DNA of 64,000 nt from an uncultured delta proteobacterium (GCA_963747845.1 CAVVGR010000007.1:2025-66024), one strand, 5' to 3'. Shown: positions 18,850 to 30,655, counted from the first letter of the stretch. Translations and numbers: made by a program. Notes: generated by a model from the sequence alone, not told the origin.

Positions 18850-19715
18850 GCGCGAGTATCAAGCGCCGGCTGCCTGCGATTATTGGCGCTGGTCCCGGTC
18901 GCACCGGCACCACGTGGTTGCATCGCGTGCTCGAGGATCGCGTCGACCTGCCGTACGGCGTCAAGGAGACGCAGTTCTTCAACACGTTCTTCGACAAGGG
19001 CATCGACTGGTACGCGCATCATTTTCGCTACGCGACCGGCGAGCGCAAAATCGCGGAAATCTGTCCGTACTTTTTCCATCCGCTCGCGCCGGCGCGGATC
19101 AAGACTCACATTCCCGATTGCCGCATCGTCACGACGCTGCGCGATCCGGTCGAGCATACTTTTTCGGCCTACAAGCTCGTGCTTCATTTCGCCTGGGCGC
19201 AAGGATCGTTCGACGAGGTTTTGAAATCGCGGCCCAACCTCGGCAGTGGCAATCGTTACGCGTCTCATCTGCAGACGTGGTTCGAGCTTTTCGGCCGCGA
19301 GAACGTGCTGGTTACGATGTACGACGAATTGCGCGCGCAGCCGCAGTCGTACCTGGATCGAGTGACGGATTTCATGGGCGTCGATCGCATCGCACTTTCC
19401 GCGCGGCCGGAGATCGGCGATGATGTGCATTCGTTTGCGCGCGCACCGCGCAGCCTCAAGCTCGCGCGTTTTGCGAGGCATATGATGTACCGCCTCCAGG
19501 CTCGCCAGGCATACGGCGTCAGCAATCTGCTCGAACGCGCGGGCGTGTGGGATTTCTGCTACGGCCGCGGCGAGCCATTTGGCCGGCTCACGCCCGAGCA
19601 GGAACAGCGCTTGCGCGAGCGTTATCTGCCGGAGGTCGAGGCGCTCGAAGAGTTGCTCCGGATCGATCTCTCGGCGTGGAAAAAACCGCAAGCGCGCCGC
19701 GCCACCGCTGGTTAA
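18846..19715 (+). CDS. sulfotransferase family protein (paralogue 3)
   Basis: MSASIKRRLPAIIGAGPGRTGTTWL. The 3'-PB-like block reads LRDPVEHTFSAYK, with E-H where the others have [DE]-R. Confidence 0.8.
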   Translation: MSASIKRRLPAIIGAGPGRTGTTWLHRVLEDRVDLPYGVKETQFFNTFFDKGIDWYAHHFRYATGERKIAEICPYFFHPLAPARIKTHIPDCRIVTTLRDPVEHTFSAYKLVLHFAWAQGSFDEVLKSRPNLGSGNRYASHLQTWFELFGRENVLVTMYDELRAQPQSYLDRVTDFMGVDRIALSARPEIGDDVHSFARAPRSLKLARFARHMMYRLQARQAYGVSNLLERAGVWDFCYGRGEPFGRLTPEQEQRLRERYLPEVEALEELLRIDLSAWKKPQARRATAG

Positions 19716-19718
19716 TCG

Positions 19719-20627
19719 ATGACGAAATCTTCCAACACCGCGCGCGATTTACGACTGCCCGACTTCATCGGCGTCGGCCCCGGCCGCACCGGCACCACCT
19801 GGCTGCACGAAGTCCTGAAGGGCCGCGTCAACCTGCCCGCCGGAATCAAGGAGACCGACTTCTTCACCACCAACTACTCGAAGGGCATCGAGTGGTACGC
19901 GCATCACTTTCGCAACGCCGACCGCACGCGCCCGATTGGCGAGATCAATCCGTACTTCGGCATCCCCGAGGCCGCCGATCGCATCGCGACGGATATTCCG
20001 CGATGCAAAATCATCTGCACCTTTCGCAATCCCGTCGAGCGCATCTACTCCGCCTACAAACTGTGGCGTCACTACACGCTGACCTTCGATCCGCTCGACG
20101 TGTTCCTCGAGAAAGTGCCGCAGGTGATCGAGGTGAGCCGTTACGCCACGCATCTGCCCGAGTATCGCGCGCGCTTTGGCGACGACCGCGTGCTGGTCTT
20201 GCTCAACGACGACCTCCGCGTCAATTCGCAGGCGCACCTCGACCGCGTTTGCGATTTCATCGGCATCGATCGCTACCCGGTGCCCGCATCCGCCGCCGAT
20301 GGCGAATTGATCAACTCGATAAACGACCTGCCGAGATTCCCGCGCGTCGCCCGCAGGGCGCGCCACTTCATGTACTGGCTCGAGGAGAAACAGGCCTACG
20401 GCACCAGTAACTTTCTCGAGCGCGCCGGAGCGTGGAAGCTGGCCTTCGGCGGCGGCGATCGCTTTCCTCCGCTCGACCCCGCAATCGAGGCGCGCCTGCA
20501 CGAGCTGATGCGCCCCGAGATCGACGCGCTCGAGCAGATGATCGGACGCGATCTCTCCGCATGGAAAAATCCGCAAGCCAAACGCAGTCCCGCGATGGCG
20601 CGCGCGGCCGCAACTCAAGGAAGCTAG
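19719..20627 (+). CDS. sulfotransferase family protein (paralogue 4)
   Basis: LPDFIGVGPGRTGTTWL and FRNPVERIYSAYK. It shares the C-terminal DLSAWKNP tail motif with the other three. Confidence 0.8.
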   Translation: MTKSSNTARDLRLPDFIGVGPGRTGTTWLHEVLKGRVNLPAGIKETDFFTTNYSKGIEWYAHHFRNADRTRPIGEINPYFGIPEAADRIATDIPRCKIICTFRNPVERIYSAYKLWRHYTLTFDPLDVFLEKVPQVIEVSRYATHLPEYRARFGDDRVLVLLNDDLRVNSQAHLDRVCDFIGIDRYPVPASAADGELINSINDLPRFPRVARRARHFMYWLEEKQAYGTSNFLERAGAWKLAFGGGDRFPPLDPAIEARLHELMRPEIDALEQMIGRDLSAWKNPQAKRSPAMARAAATQGS

Positions 20628-20637
20628 GCGGCTCGCG

Positions 20638-21555
20638 ATGCCAAAGGTGTCGGTCGTCATTCCCGTTTACAACGGCGCGCGAACGATCGGCCGCGCGCTC
20701 GAGAGCGTCTTCGCGCAAACTTTCAGGGACTTCGAAATAATCGTCGTCAACGACGGCTCGACCGACGATACCGCGTCGGTGCTGGCCGGTTACGGCGATC
20801 GAATTCAAGTCGTCAGCCAGTCCAATCGCGGCGTATCCGCGGCGCGCAACGCTGGATTGCGTGTCTCCATCGGCGAGTACCTCGTGTTTCTCGACGATGA
20901 CGACGAGTGGATGCCCGAGATGCTCGCGCGGTGCACCGCGGTGCTCGACGAGGATCCCGATTGCGTGCTCGCGTACACCGGAGTTCTGAAAGTCGATTTG
21001 ACGGGGATGCCGACGCCCGATCAGGAGCCGCTGACCGGCGGCGTCGAGTCGCCGACGATGGCGCAAGCGCTCGCGCGTCCATGGACAATAGTACCGAGTC
21101 AGTTCCTGGTGCGCCGCGCGGTGCTCGAGCGAACTAACGGTTTCGATGAGCGCCTGGGCGGTCCCGAGGACATTTACTTCCTGTTGCAGGCGCGGGAGCA
21201 GGGATATTTCCGAAGCATACCGGAGTTGCTGGTGCGCAAGGCCACGCGCCCGCTGTATCCGAAGGCGCTCAAACGCGAACCGGCGTGCGACCTGCTGGTT
21301 CGGCTGGTGCACCAACGCTACGGCGCGTCGGCGACCGGTTTCATCCGCGAATTCCGGCGCGCGCGAATGAAGGTGATGAAGCATACGGCGCGCCTTCTGA
21401 TGGAAGAGGGGCGGCCCAAAGATGCGCGCCGATGTCTCGCCCGCGTCATCTACTATCAACCGGCGTCGCTCAAGGCCTACCGGCGATACCTGAAAACGTT
21501 TCTGCCGATGCGCGCGTTGCGCGAAACCCCGAACACCGAAGACAGCAAAGTCTGA
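20638..21555 (+). CDS. family-2 glycosyltransferase (GT2) with conserved helical C-terminal tail
   Basis: VSVVIPVYNGARTIGRALESVFAQTFRDFEIIVVNDGSTDDT, NRGVSAARNAG and FLDDDDEW (DxD). The tail ARRCLARVIYYQPASLKAYRRYLKTFLP is shared with two paralogues. Confidence 0.85.
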   Translation: MPKVSVVIPVYNGARTIGRALESVFAQTFRDFEIIVVNDGSTDDTASVLAGYGDRIQVVSQSNRGVSAARNAGLRVSIGEYLVFLDDDDEWMPEMLARCTAVLDEDPDCVLAYTGVLKVDLTGMPTPDQEPLTGGVESPTMAQALARPWTIVPSQFLVRRAVLERTNGFDERLGGPEDIYFLLQAREQGYFRSIPELLVRKATRPLYPKALKREPACDLLVRLVHQRYGASATGFIREFRRARMKVMKHTARLLMEEGRPKDARRCLARVIYYQPASLKAYRRYLKTFLPMRALRETPNTEDSKV

Positions 21556-21565
21556 GCGCACTCCG

Positions 21566-22531
21566 ATGGCGTCAGCGGGACCAACTTCGCATCAACCCGG
21601 ACGCCCGCCACAGGTCTCGGTAATCATCCCGGTCCATAACGGCGCCTCAACGATCGGGCGCGCGCTCACTAGCGTCTTCGATCAAACCTTCAGCGACTAC
21701 GAAATTGTGATCTGCGACGACGGCTCGACCGACGACACGCTCGCGGTCCTCGCGAAATATGGCGACAAGGTTCGGGTCGTGCGCCAGGCGAATCGCGGAC
21801 CGTCCGCCGCGCGCAACGCCGCCGTCGCCGCCAGCCGCGGCGAGTTGATCGCGCTTATCGATCGCGACGACCAATGGCTCCCGAACAAACTCGAGCTGGC
21901 AGTGAATGCGATGCGCGCTGACGCCGGCGCGGCGCTGCTTTACTCCGACATGATCGTCGTCAACGAAGCCGGCGAGGAATTCCGCCGCTCGCAAATCCGC
22001 CCCGAAACCGCGCACGCGCCCACGATGGACGAGATGCTCGCGCGCATCTGGCCGATCGTGCCGAGCACGGTCGTGATGCGCCGTGACGCCTTCGATCGCG
22101 CCGGTGGATTCTGCGAACAGCTTCTCAGCGCCGAGGACATCCACTTTTCGCTGCTGATGCGCGAGCAGGGCCACTTCATCTATCTGCCCGACCGCCTCGT
22201 CCGCTTCACTTACGGCCAGTTGTTTCCGAAGGTGTTAAACCGCGACATCGGCCAGGCCTCGATCGTCGATCTGATCCGCGCCCGCTACGGCCAGCGCGCC
22301 GACGGCCTCGTGAAAGATTTCATCCGCCACCGCGTAAGGATGATCGCCAACGCCGGCGTAATCGAAATGAGCCGCGGCAACATGGCAGGCGCCCGCCAAT
22401 GCTTCATCCGCGTCCTCAAGTACGACCCGCGCCACGCAAAAAGCTACCTGCGAATAGCCCGAACATTCCTACCAGCCCCAATCCGCCGAGCCCTAAGCGG
22501 CAAAGCCGCCCGCAACTACCCGGTCCAATAG
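21566..22531 (+). CDS. family-2 glycosyltransferase (GT2), paralogue
   Basis: VSVIIPVHNGASTIGRALTSVFDQTFSDYEIVICDDGSTDDT, NRGPSAARNAA and a DRDD motif. Tail is ARQCFIRVLKYDPRHAKSYLRIARTFLP. Confidence 0.85.
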   Translation: MASAGPTSHQPGRPPQVSVIIPVHNGASTIGRALTSVFDQTFSDYEIVICDDGSTDDTLAVLAKYGDKVRVVRQANRGPSAARNAAVAASRGELIALIDRDDQWLPNKLELAVNAMRADAGAALLYSDMIVVNEAGEEFRRSQIRPETAHAPTMDEMLARIWPIVPSTVVMRRDAFDRAGGFCEQLLSAEDIHFSLLMREQGHFIYLPDRLVRFTYGQLFPKVLNRDIGQASIVDLIRARYGQRADGLVKDFIRHRVRMIANAGVIEMSRGNMAGARQCFIRVLKYDPRHAKSYLRIARTFLPAPIRRALSGKAARNYPVQ

Positions 22532-22546
22532 ACTGCAAGCGCCGCA

Positions 22547-22590
22547 GAACCCTCACCTAACCTCTCCCGTGAAGTAACGGGCGAGGGATC
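22547..22590. repeat. REP-like palindromic element (type R1) between convergent operons
   Basis: gaaccctcacctaacctctcccgtgaagtaacgggcgagggatc. The reverse complement recurs at 32608-32650 and 34125-34168. It contains the internal hairpin ctctcccgt/acgggcgag. Confidence 0.8.
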
Positions 22591-22595
22591 AGACA

Positions 22596-24857
<2,262 letters not shown>

Positions 24858-24919
24858 AGTTGATTCGGGCGCCGTGGCAGACTGGGACCGGGCACCTCGC
24901 GACAGGTTACACGTCAAGT

Positions 24920-25205
24920 GGCAGCCCGCTCAACGGGCTCTGAGTTGCCTCGCCCACAAGGGGAGGTGTCACAGACACGCGGCCGACGCGCGGCGCACGG
25001 GGGGGTGAGAGGCCGAATTTTCTTCCGAGATTCCGGATGTGTCGGCGCGACAGACAATCGCGCCGCACGATGGTTCTCCACCCTAACCCTCCTCCCGTTT
25101 GTGGAGGAGGGAACCAGAGGACGAAGTCCCGCATCTGTTCTCTGAATACTGGGTGCAGGGGTCACCCCTGCCCAGGGAGGCGCGGAACCCACGGAGGGTT
25201 CCGCA
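24920..25205. repeat. cluster of GC-rich stem-loops / REP-like half elements
   Basis: Hairpins are agcccg/cgggct (~24922-24939), a half copy of the type-R2 arm (24948-25013, cctcgcccacaaggggaggtgtcac...gggtgagaggcc), ggcgcga/tcgcgcc (~25043-25066), ccctcctcc/ggaggaggg (25087-25111), gcagggg/ccctgc (~25155-25170) and gcggaacc/ggttccgc (25182-25204). Confidence 0.65.
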
Positions 25206-25230
25206 TTCGATTCGACGCGTCGCGCTTCGC

Positions 25231-26470
25231 CTATGCTCGGCGGACGGTTGGCTTGCGGAAGGTCCTGTATGTGCGCCCCTCGGCCAGGCCGAAGCGGTTC
25301 AGCATCCGGTAGACCGTGTAGCGCGATACGCCGAGCAACTCGGCCGCGCGATGGCAATTGCCCTCGGTCGCCTGCAGCGCCCGAATCAGCGCGAGCTTCG
25401 AGGCCTCGCGGATTACGGCGTCGAGCGAGTACGGCCATTCGTTCGCCGTGCCGTTAGCTCCGCCCTCGACCAGTTCGAGCCCGCCGTTGGGGAGCATCGC
25501 CTCGGCCGGCACGCCGAGCGCATTGCCGGTATTGGCGTCCTGGCCAAACGGCAGGTCGTCGAGATCGATCCGGTCGCTGTCGGTCATCAGGACCGCGCTC
25601 TCGATAGCATGGCCGAGCTCGCGGACGTTGCCGGGCCAATTGCTGGCGCACAGAGCCTCCAACGGCGGCGCGCGACACCAGCTTTATGTCTTTGCCGAAC
25701 AGGCGGTTGAAATGCTCGATAAAATGAGCAACGAAGGCCGGGATTGCCTCGCGCCGCTCGCGCAACGGAGGAACCACGATGGTGGCGGCGTTGAGCCGGT
25801 AGTAGAGGTCGTCGCGGAATTGCCCCGCCTTGACCATCGCGCGCAGGTCGCGATTGGTCGCCGCGACCAGCCGAATATCAACCGAGTAGGTGCGCGACGA
25901 GCCGACCGGCTGGATCTCGTGGGTCTCGACCGCGCGCAGCAGCTTGGGCTGGAGGCGCAGCGGCAGCTCGCCGATTTCGTCCAGGAACAGGGTGCCGCCG
26001 TTGGCCGAGCGGAAATAGCCAAGCGAATCCTCGCGCGCGTCGGTGAAAGCGCCGCGCACATGGCCGAAGAGCTGCGACTCGGCCAGCGACTCGACCAGGT
26101 TGGAGCAATTGAAGGTCACGAACGGGCCGCCCGGGACCGAGCCCAGCGTATGCAGCGCCCGCGCGACGAGCTCCTTGCCGGTGCCGGATTCGCCGTGAAT
26201 CAGCACCGTTGCTTTGTATGGACTCAAGCGCGAAATGGTTTTGAGTACCTTGCGGACTTGCGCTGACCTCACCACCATCCCCCCAACCCGCTCCGACCCA
26301 AGCGCAAGATGCTCCAGGCTCAACCACTCGCACGCGTCAGCCGCCGGCTCGGCGCGAAGACTCTGCATCGCAGCCACGACCGACGATCCGTTCGCCGAGT
26401 ATTCTTGAAGGCGCATCTTTGGTTCCTTTCTCTTCCCCTGAGTTTTCCTACTGTCAGTAATTAAATCCAT
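25231..26470 (-). CDS. sigma-54-dependent transcriptional activator without sensor domain (frame change near 25664)
   Basis: AAA+ core: Walker A GESGTGKE, LFGHVRGAFTDA, Walker B TLFLDEIGEL, RLVAATNRDL. The third-frame continuation LEALCASNWPGNVRELGHAIE... and the Fis-type HTH (AAELLGVSRYTVYRMLNRFGL) are in ORF 25231-25662. Removing one nt restores collinearity with the paralogue at 61716. Likely start is MRLQEY at 26416. Confidence 0.85.
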
Positions 26471-26891
26471 CTACAAGTAAGCAGGGTACTGGATATAAAC
26501 GAACGATACCGTGTGTGTCAAGCCGTTGCGCGCAAATTCTACCGTCTTGGTGTAGCAAAGGCTAGTTCTTTCGTGTTTTGCCATCGCACTTTCTATCAAG
26601 ACGGGCCAGAGGGAATCATGGCGGGGTTCTCCGGCAATTGATAGCCCAAATCCTCGAAAGTCAGCGATTGTGCTCTATAGATAGCAATAAAAAGCACCTA
26701 AATCTTTAGATAACACGCTCTTTTGGGCAGGGATTTAAGGGGCAAAAAGATGGCGCAAATCGAGTGCTGAAGAATGTAATCGCGCGCCTGAGCTTGGATG
26801 GTATAGCTCACCGACGATTGATATGAGTAGCACCGGCGAAAAAAGGGAGCCTTCTTTCCGGGCAGCATCAACCTTCAGGAGGACATGCAAC

Positions 26892-27278
26892 ATGAAGATC
26901 GCGGCAACCATCGCTCGGATTTTGTTGGGCCTCGTGTTCCTGGTTTTCGGCCTGAACGGCCTGCATCCCTTCATGCCTAATCCTCCGGCTACGCCGCCCG
27001 CAGCAGCTTTCTTCGGCGCGCTGATCGGAACGCACTACATGTTCGGGCTGATCTTCGGCGCCCAGGTAATCGGAGGAGCGCTGCTGCTGCTGGGCATCGC
27101 GGTGCCGTTCGCGCTGGTGCTGCTGGCGCCGGTCATCGTGAACATCGTCTGCTTCCACGTGTTCCTTTCGCCGGATCTTTTGCCTGTCGCATTAACGGTC
27201 GCCGCGCTCGAGTTGTTCCTCGCCTGGTACAATCGAGCAGCATTTGCGCCGCTGTTCGTTGGCGCGCCGCGCACCTGA
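26892..27278 (+). CDS. DoxX-like small membrane protein
   Basis: MKIAATIARILLGLVFLVFGLNGL... with about four hydrophobic helices. RBS aggagg lies at ~26876-26882. The family call is tentative. Confidence 0.5.
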   Translation: MKIAATIARILLGLVFLVFGLNGLHPFMPNPPATPPAAAFFGALIGTHYMFGLIFGAQVIGGALLLLGIAVPFALVLLAPVIVNIVCFHVFLSPDLLPVALTVAALELFLAWYNRAAFAPLFVGAPRT

Positions 27279-27348
27279 TCCGCAGCGTCCGCGCGTCTCT
27301 CTATTTCCAACGCTCTGAATTACCTGTAAGCATTGGAATCTCTCGGGC

Positions 27349-27424
27349 GAGCCGGTAGCTCAGGTGGTAGAGCATGTGACTTTTAATCACAGGGTCCCGG
27401 GTTCAAGTCCCGGCCGGCTCACCA
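27349..27424 (+). tRNA. tRNA-Lys (anticodon TTT)
   Basis: 76-nt cloverleaf: acceptor GAGCCGG/CCGGCTC; D arm GCTC-AGGTGGTA-GAGC; anticodon arm TGTGA-CTTTTAA-TCACA; variable GGGTC; T arm CCGGG-TTCAAGT-CCCGG; discriminator A; encoded CCA. Confidence 0.95.
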
Positions 27425-27505
27425 GAGAAACCTCGACGCAATCGCGGGCGCTCCGTTTGTCTTAGCAGTTGCCGCTTTGCTAAGGCTTGCGGCCGGGTAA
27501 AGCTT

Positions 27506-28270
27506 ATGCGGGCACGAATCGTTAAACTGTGCGCGGCACTAGCCGCAGTTGCACTTGCTCTCATCGTGGCTCGAACCGAAGCGTTCGCCTCGGCCAACGA
27601 GTCATGCTTGACCACTTCCACAGACGTCACGTCTGGTCCGAGCTCCAACGGTGCTCAGGCCAGTTGCGATGCAGAAACCAGCGGACCCAACGATGCGGAG
27701 GCCCGCGCCTCGGGCGAGGACGCCGACGCGACATCCGATGCATCGGACGGCAGCGAAGCTCAAGCAACCGCGAAGGGCGAGGACGCCGATGCGACCTCCA
27801 ATGCATCAGACGGCAGCGACGCTGAAACAACCGCGAAGGGCGAGCATGCCGATGCGACTGCCGAGGCTGGGGGCCCTGGCGGCAGTATGGCCGTCAGCTC
27901 CGCGAAGGGCGATGACGCCGATGCGACTACTGAAGCATCAGGCGGCAGCGACGCTGAAGCAACCGCGAAGGGCGATGACGCCAATGCGACTGCCGAGGCT
28001 GAGGGCCCTGCCGGCAGTGAGGCCATCAGCTCTGCGAAGGGAAATCACAGCTCCGCGGTTGCCGAAGCAGCAAACGGTCGCAACGCTCAAGCGACCGCCT
28101 CAGGCACGGGCAGCGAAGCGGAAGCGTTTGCTTTGGAGGCGAAGAGCAACGTAACTGCTCTCGCTACCAAGGGTTCTACCGCCATCGGCAGCGACACCGC
28201 CGCGCCGATTTGTACGCCAAAGAAGGGCGGCAAAGCTAAAGTCACCAGCCCGATGGGAAACTGCGGCTGA
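27506..28270 (+). CDS. secreted acidic Ala/Asp/Ser/Thr/Gly repeat protein
   Basis: Signal peptide (LCAALAAVALALIVARTEAFA). Alternating repeats are AKGEDADATS(D/N)ASDGS(E/D)A(Q/E)xT and AKG(E/D)xA(D/N)ATAEA(G/E)GP(G/A)GS(M/E)A(V/I)SS. Cys pairs sit near both termini. Confidence 0.6.
   Translation: MRARIVKLCAALAAVALALIVARTEAFASANESCLTTSTDVTSGPSSNGAQASCDAETSGPNDAEARASGEDADATSDASDGSEAQATAKGEDADATSNASDGSDAETTAKGEHADATAEAGGPGGSMAVSSAKGDDADATTEASGGSDAEATAKGDDANATAEAEGPAGSEAISSAKGNHSSAVAEAANGRNAQATASGTGSEAEAFALEAKSNVTALATKGSTAIGSDTAAPICTPKKGGKAKVTSPMGNCG
27707..28041 (+). repeat. in-frame tandem DNA repeat, alternating 63- and 69-nt units (132-nt higher-order period)
   Basis: The anchor gcgaaggg recurs at 27770, 27833, 27902, 27965 and 28034, giving spacings of 63, 69, 63 and 69 nt. 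A more diverged unit starts at ~27707. Confidence 0.8.
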
Positions 28271-28340
28271 GCGCCGCGAACGAGTTTCACTCAACGCGTC
28301 AGCATGATTTGATCGGGACCTTCGGGGGGCGTCTCGGCCG

Positions 28341-30617
28341 ATGATCGCAGGGCGGCTGATCCGCTGGTTCCGGCAAGCTCCCATATCAGTCGCCTGGATT
28401 TGCGCAATCGTCGGCGGCGCGCTGGCCCTCTATCTTCTTCGAAATTTCACCTGGCCGCGGGATTTCCACGGGGCCGTCGACGCGCTGCGCCAACTCTCGC
28501 CCGAGACCGGCAGCGAGGCGCTGAAGCTCTGGACGTTTTGGGCATGGTCGGGACTGCTGATCGCCGCCCTCCTGCGCCGACTCGATCCGCAACTCGACGC
28601 CTTCGATGCGTGCCTGGCCGGCGCGGCGGGAATCTGGGTGCTGGGCTACCTGATGGGCAGCATTCTCGGGCCGATCGGGCTCTTCACAGGCACGACAGTA
28701 TGGCTGTTGATGGGCTTCGCAACTGTCTATCTGTTCCGCGCCGTGCCGTTGCGTGAGTTCCACCGGCCGCAACTCGGCGCGGGCTTGATGCTGGTGGCTA
28801 TCGCGCTGGTATGCTTCACGCTGATTCCGCTGCAGCTCACGTCGCCGGTCATCCCCTGCCTCGACGCTCTATGCTGGCCGGCCGCGGTGCAGCGGGTGCT
28901 GACCTTTCACGTCTACCTGCCATATGACAACGATCCCTTCGGATGGTGGGCGACCCCGGTGCAGACGCCGGGCGTCGAGCTGTTCTATGCCTTCCTGGGA
29001 CTCGGCTCGAATATTCACTCGGGCGTGCTGGCTGAGTCGGCGGCGATCGTGCCGATGGCCGTACTGATAATCGTCGCGGCCTATCGATTGGCGCTGACCT
29101 TGTTCAATGACGCTGCCGGCGGCGCGGCCGCATTGCTGCTTTCTCTGACGACAATCTTCCGCCGCATGATCAGTATGCGCGGATCCGCGGTTGACCTCGC
29201 GCTGGTCGCCGTCGGCCTGGCATTTTTTCTTGCTCCGCGCCGCAGCCGGGTTTTGATGGCGATGGGCGCGCTGATGCTCGGGACGGCGCTCCCGTCTCAC
29301 ATTCTGAACGGCGCTTTCGGCATCGGGGTCGCCATCGCCGCGGTTGCGGCCTGGATGGTCGAAGGGGATTTCAGCCGCGCTCTCGCCGGCGGCATCTGCC
29401 TGATCGGATCGATCCTCATCGGGATTCCCTACCTGGCGATTGCGACTCGATTTGTGCTGCCCGGCGCCGTGCTGATTTTTATCGAACTGGCTGGAATCGC
29501 CGTGATCATCGCGGGCGTCAGGCTTCTTGATCCGGCTGTGGATGAGACCGGGCCGTCTTCAAGACCGTGGCCGCGGCTAATCGGCGGCGCCGTCCTCGCC
29601 GCGGTGACAGCTGCGATTCTCTACGACGTAGTCCAGCGGCCGGGCGCGATGTACAGCGAGACCTGGCACAACTTTCCGCTCCTCTCGGCGTTCGCGCTGG
29701 CAGGCGTCCTCGCGATTCTCGCCGGTGCCCGACGCGCCGGCATCGTAACGATGTTTGCTATCGCCGCGTCGCTCGCGCCGTCGCTGGTGGTCGAGCATGC
29801 GGGGTCGCTCATCGAGTTTATCGCCCGGCAGCCCGCGGGGAGCTTCGAGACCTACGATCTGGAGCGCAAAATCGTGGAATACTGGCTGCCGTTTTTCCTG
29901 GTCTTTCCGGCGGCCGGATTTTTCGCAACGCTCTTCGATTATCTGTCGCCGTCGCTGGTGGTCGTGGCGATGCTTGCGATGCTGCTCTATCCGCCCAAGC
30001 GGGGACCCGAGATGGACTACGACTACCAGGAACATTCGATTTCCGAAAACTGGATGATCGACTACTCGATAATCTCGGAGGGCTACTGGGGTCTTACTTC
30101 TGACAGCCGCTGGACGATCGGGCCCGCCGAGCGTCAGCTGATAAATATCCTTTATAGGGAGATAGCCGCGGGCCGAATCAATCCGTCGACCCATATCCTG
30201 CATCTCGCACCCGACCTGCTGACCTACGGGCGCACCTCGCGCTTTTCCGTTTACACCGGGATTGACGACGACACCGTGACCCTGCTGCCGACGGTCGATA
30301 ATTGGGGGCCGGTATTGCAGGGCGCGCGGGTGCGGCCGATCGGCGGCCTGGCCGAGGCGCTTGCGGCGCACCCCGACTACATCGTGTCGCAGATAGCCGA
30401 GCCGGCGGCACTCCAGGTTTCGGCGGTGCATTACGACAAGCTGCTCGACGAGGACGGTTTCACGCTCTATCGACGAATCGGTCTGCCAACGGGTCCTCCG
30501 GTCAGCTCGACGTTCCCCGGTTGGATAGCTCTATGCGCGGCATTTGCAATCGGCGCGGTGGTCGCGACTGCAACCAAAGCCGTTGTCTTCGCTCGACCTC
30601 GAGAATCACTGCCATAG
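28341..30617 (+). CDS. large polytopic membrane protein (>=12 predicted TM helices) with C-terminal soluble domain; possible GT-C-like enzyme
   Basis: 758 aa. Hydrophobic helices run through the first ~560 aa, followed by a ~150-aa hydrophilic region and a last TM helix (WIALCAAFAIGAVVATATKAVVF). I recognise no family motif; the GT-C idea rests on topology only. Confidence 0.5.
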   Translation: MIAGRLIRWFRQAPISVAWICAIVGGALALYLLRNFTWPRDFHGAVDALRQLSPETGSEALKLWTFWAWSGLLIAALLRRLDPQLDAFDACLAGAAGIWVLGYLMGSILGPIGLFTGTTVWLLMGFATVYLFRAVPLREFHRPQLGAGLMLVAIALVCFTLIPLQLTSPVIPCLDALCWPAAVQRVLTFHVYLPYDNDPFGWWATPVQTPGVELFYAFLGLGSNIHSGVLAESAAIVPMAVLIIVAAYRLALTLFNDAAGGAAALLLSLTTIFRRMISMRGSAVDLALVAVGLAFFLAPRRSRVLMAMGALMLGTALPSHILNGAFGIGVAIAAVAAWMVEGDFSRALAGGICLIGSILIGIPYLAIATRFVLPGAVLIFIELAGIAVIIAGVRLLDPAVDETGPSSRPWPRLIGGAVLAAVTAAILYDVVQRPGAMYSETWHNFPLLSAFALAGVLAILAGARRAGIVTMFAIAASLAPSLVVEHAGSLIEFIARQPAGSFETYDLERKIVEYWLPFFLVFPAAGFFATLFDYLSPSLVVVAMLAMLLYPPKRGPEMDYDYQEHSISENWMIDYSIISEGYWGLTSDSRWTIGPAERQLINILYREIAAGRINPSTHILHLAPDLLTYGRTSRFSVYTGIDDDTVTLLPTVDNWGPVLQGARVRPIGGLAEALAAHPDYIVSQIAEPAALQVSAVHYDKLLDEDGFTLYRRIGLPTGPPVSSTFPGWIALCAAFAIGAVVATATKAVVFARPRESLP

Positions 30618-30632
30618 CCCTTCTATAATGAA

Positions 30633-30655
30633 GGGGCCGGCTGTGAACCGGCCCC
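30633..30655 (+). terminator. GC stem-loop after the 758-aa gene (no U-tract)
   Basis: ggggccgg-ctgtgaa-ccggcccc, 16 nt after stop 30615-30617. Confidence 0.35.

Noticed and set aside
17717-19423. 568-aa ORF that looks like a fused double sulfotransferase.
   Set aside because: Only residues ~66-375 are sulfotransferase-like. The rest is an out-of-frame reading of paralogue 3, which has its own start at 18846. The ORF is best explained by a lost stop or an indel in the tail of paralogue 2.
26547-26564. Additional sigma-54 promoter candidates: TTGGTGtagcaaAGGCT upstream of the DoxX-like gene and TGGAGAttttgGCGCC at ~61733.
   Set aside because: GG/GC spacing is correct, but the flanking consensus is poor (no TGGCA, no TTGC). 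The second candidate lies inside the activator ORF.
27707-28041. CRISPR-like regular repeats.
   Set aside because: The 63/69-nt periodic units are contiguous with no unique spacers. They are in-frame and encode the repeat protein 27506-28270. No cas genes are present.
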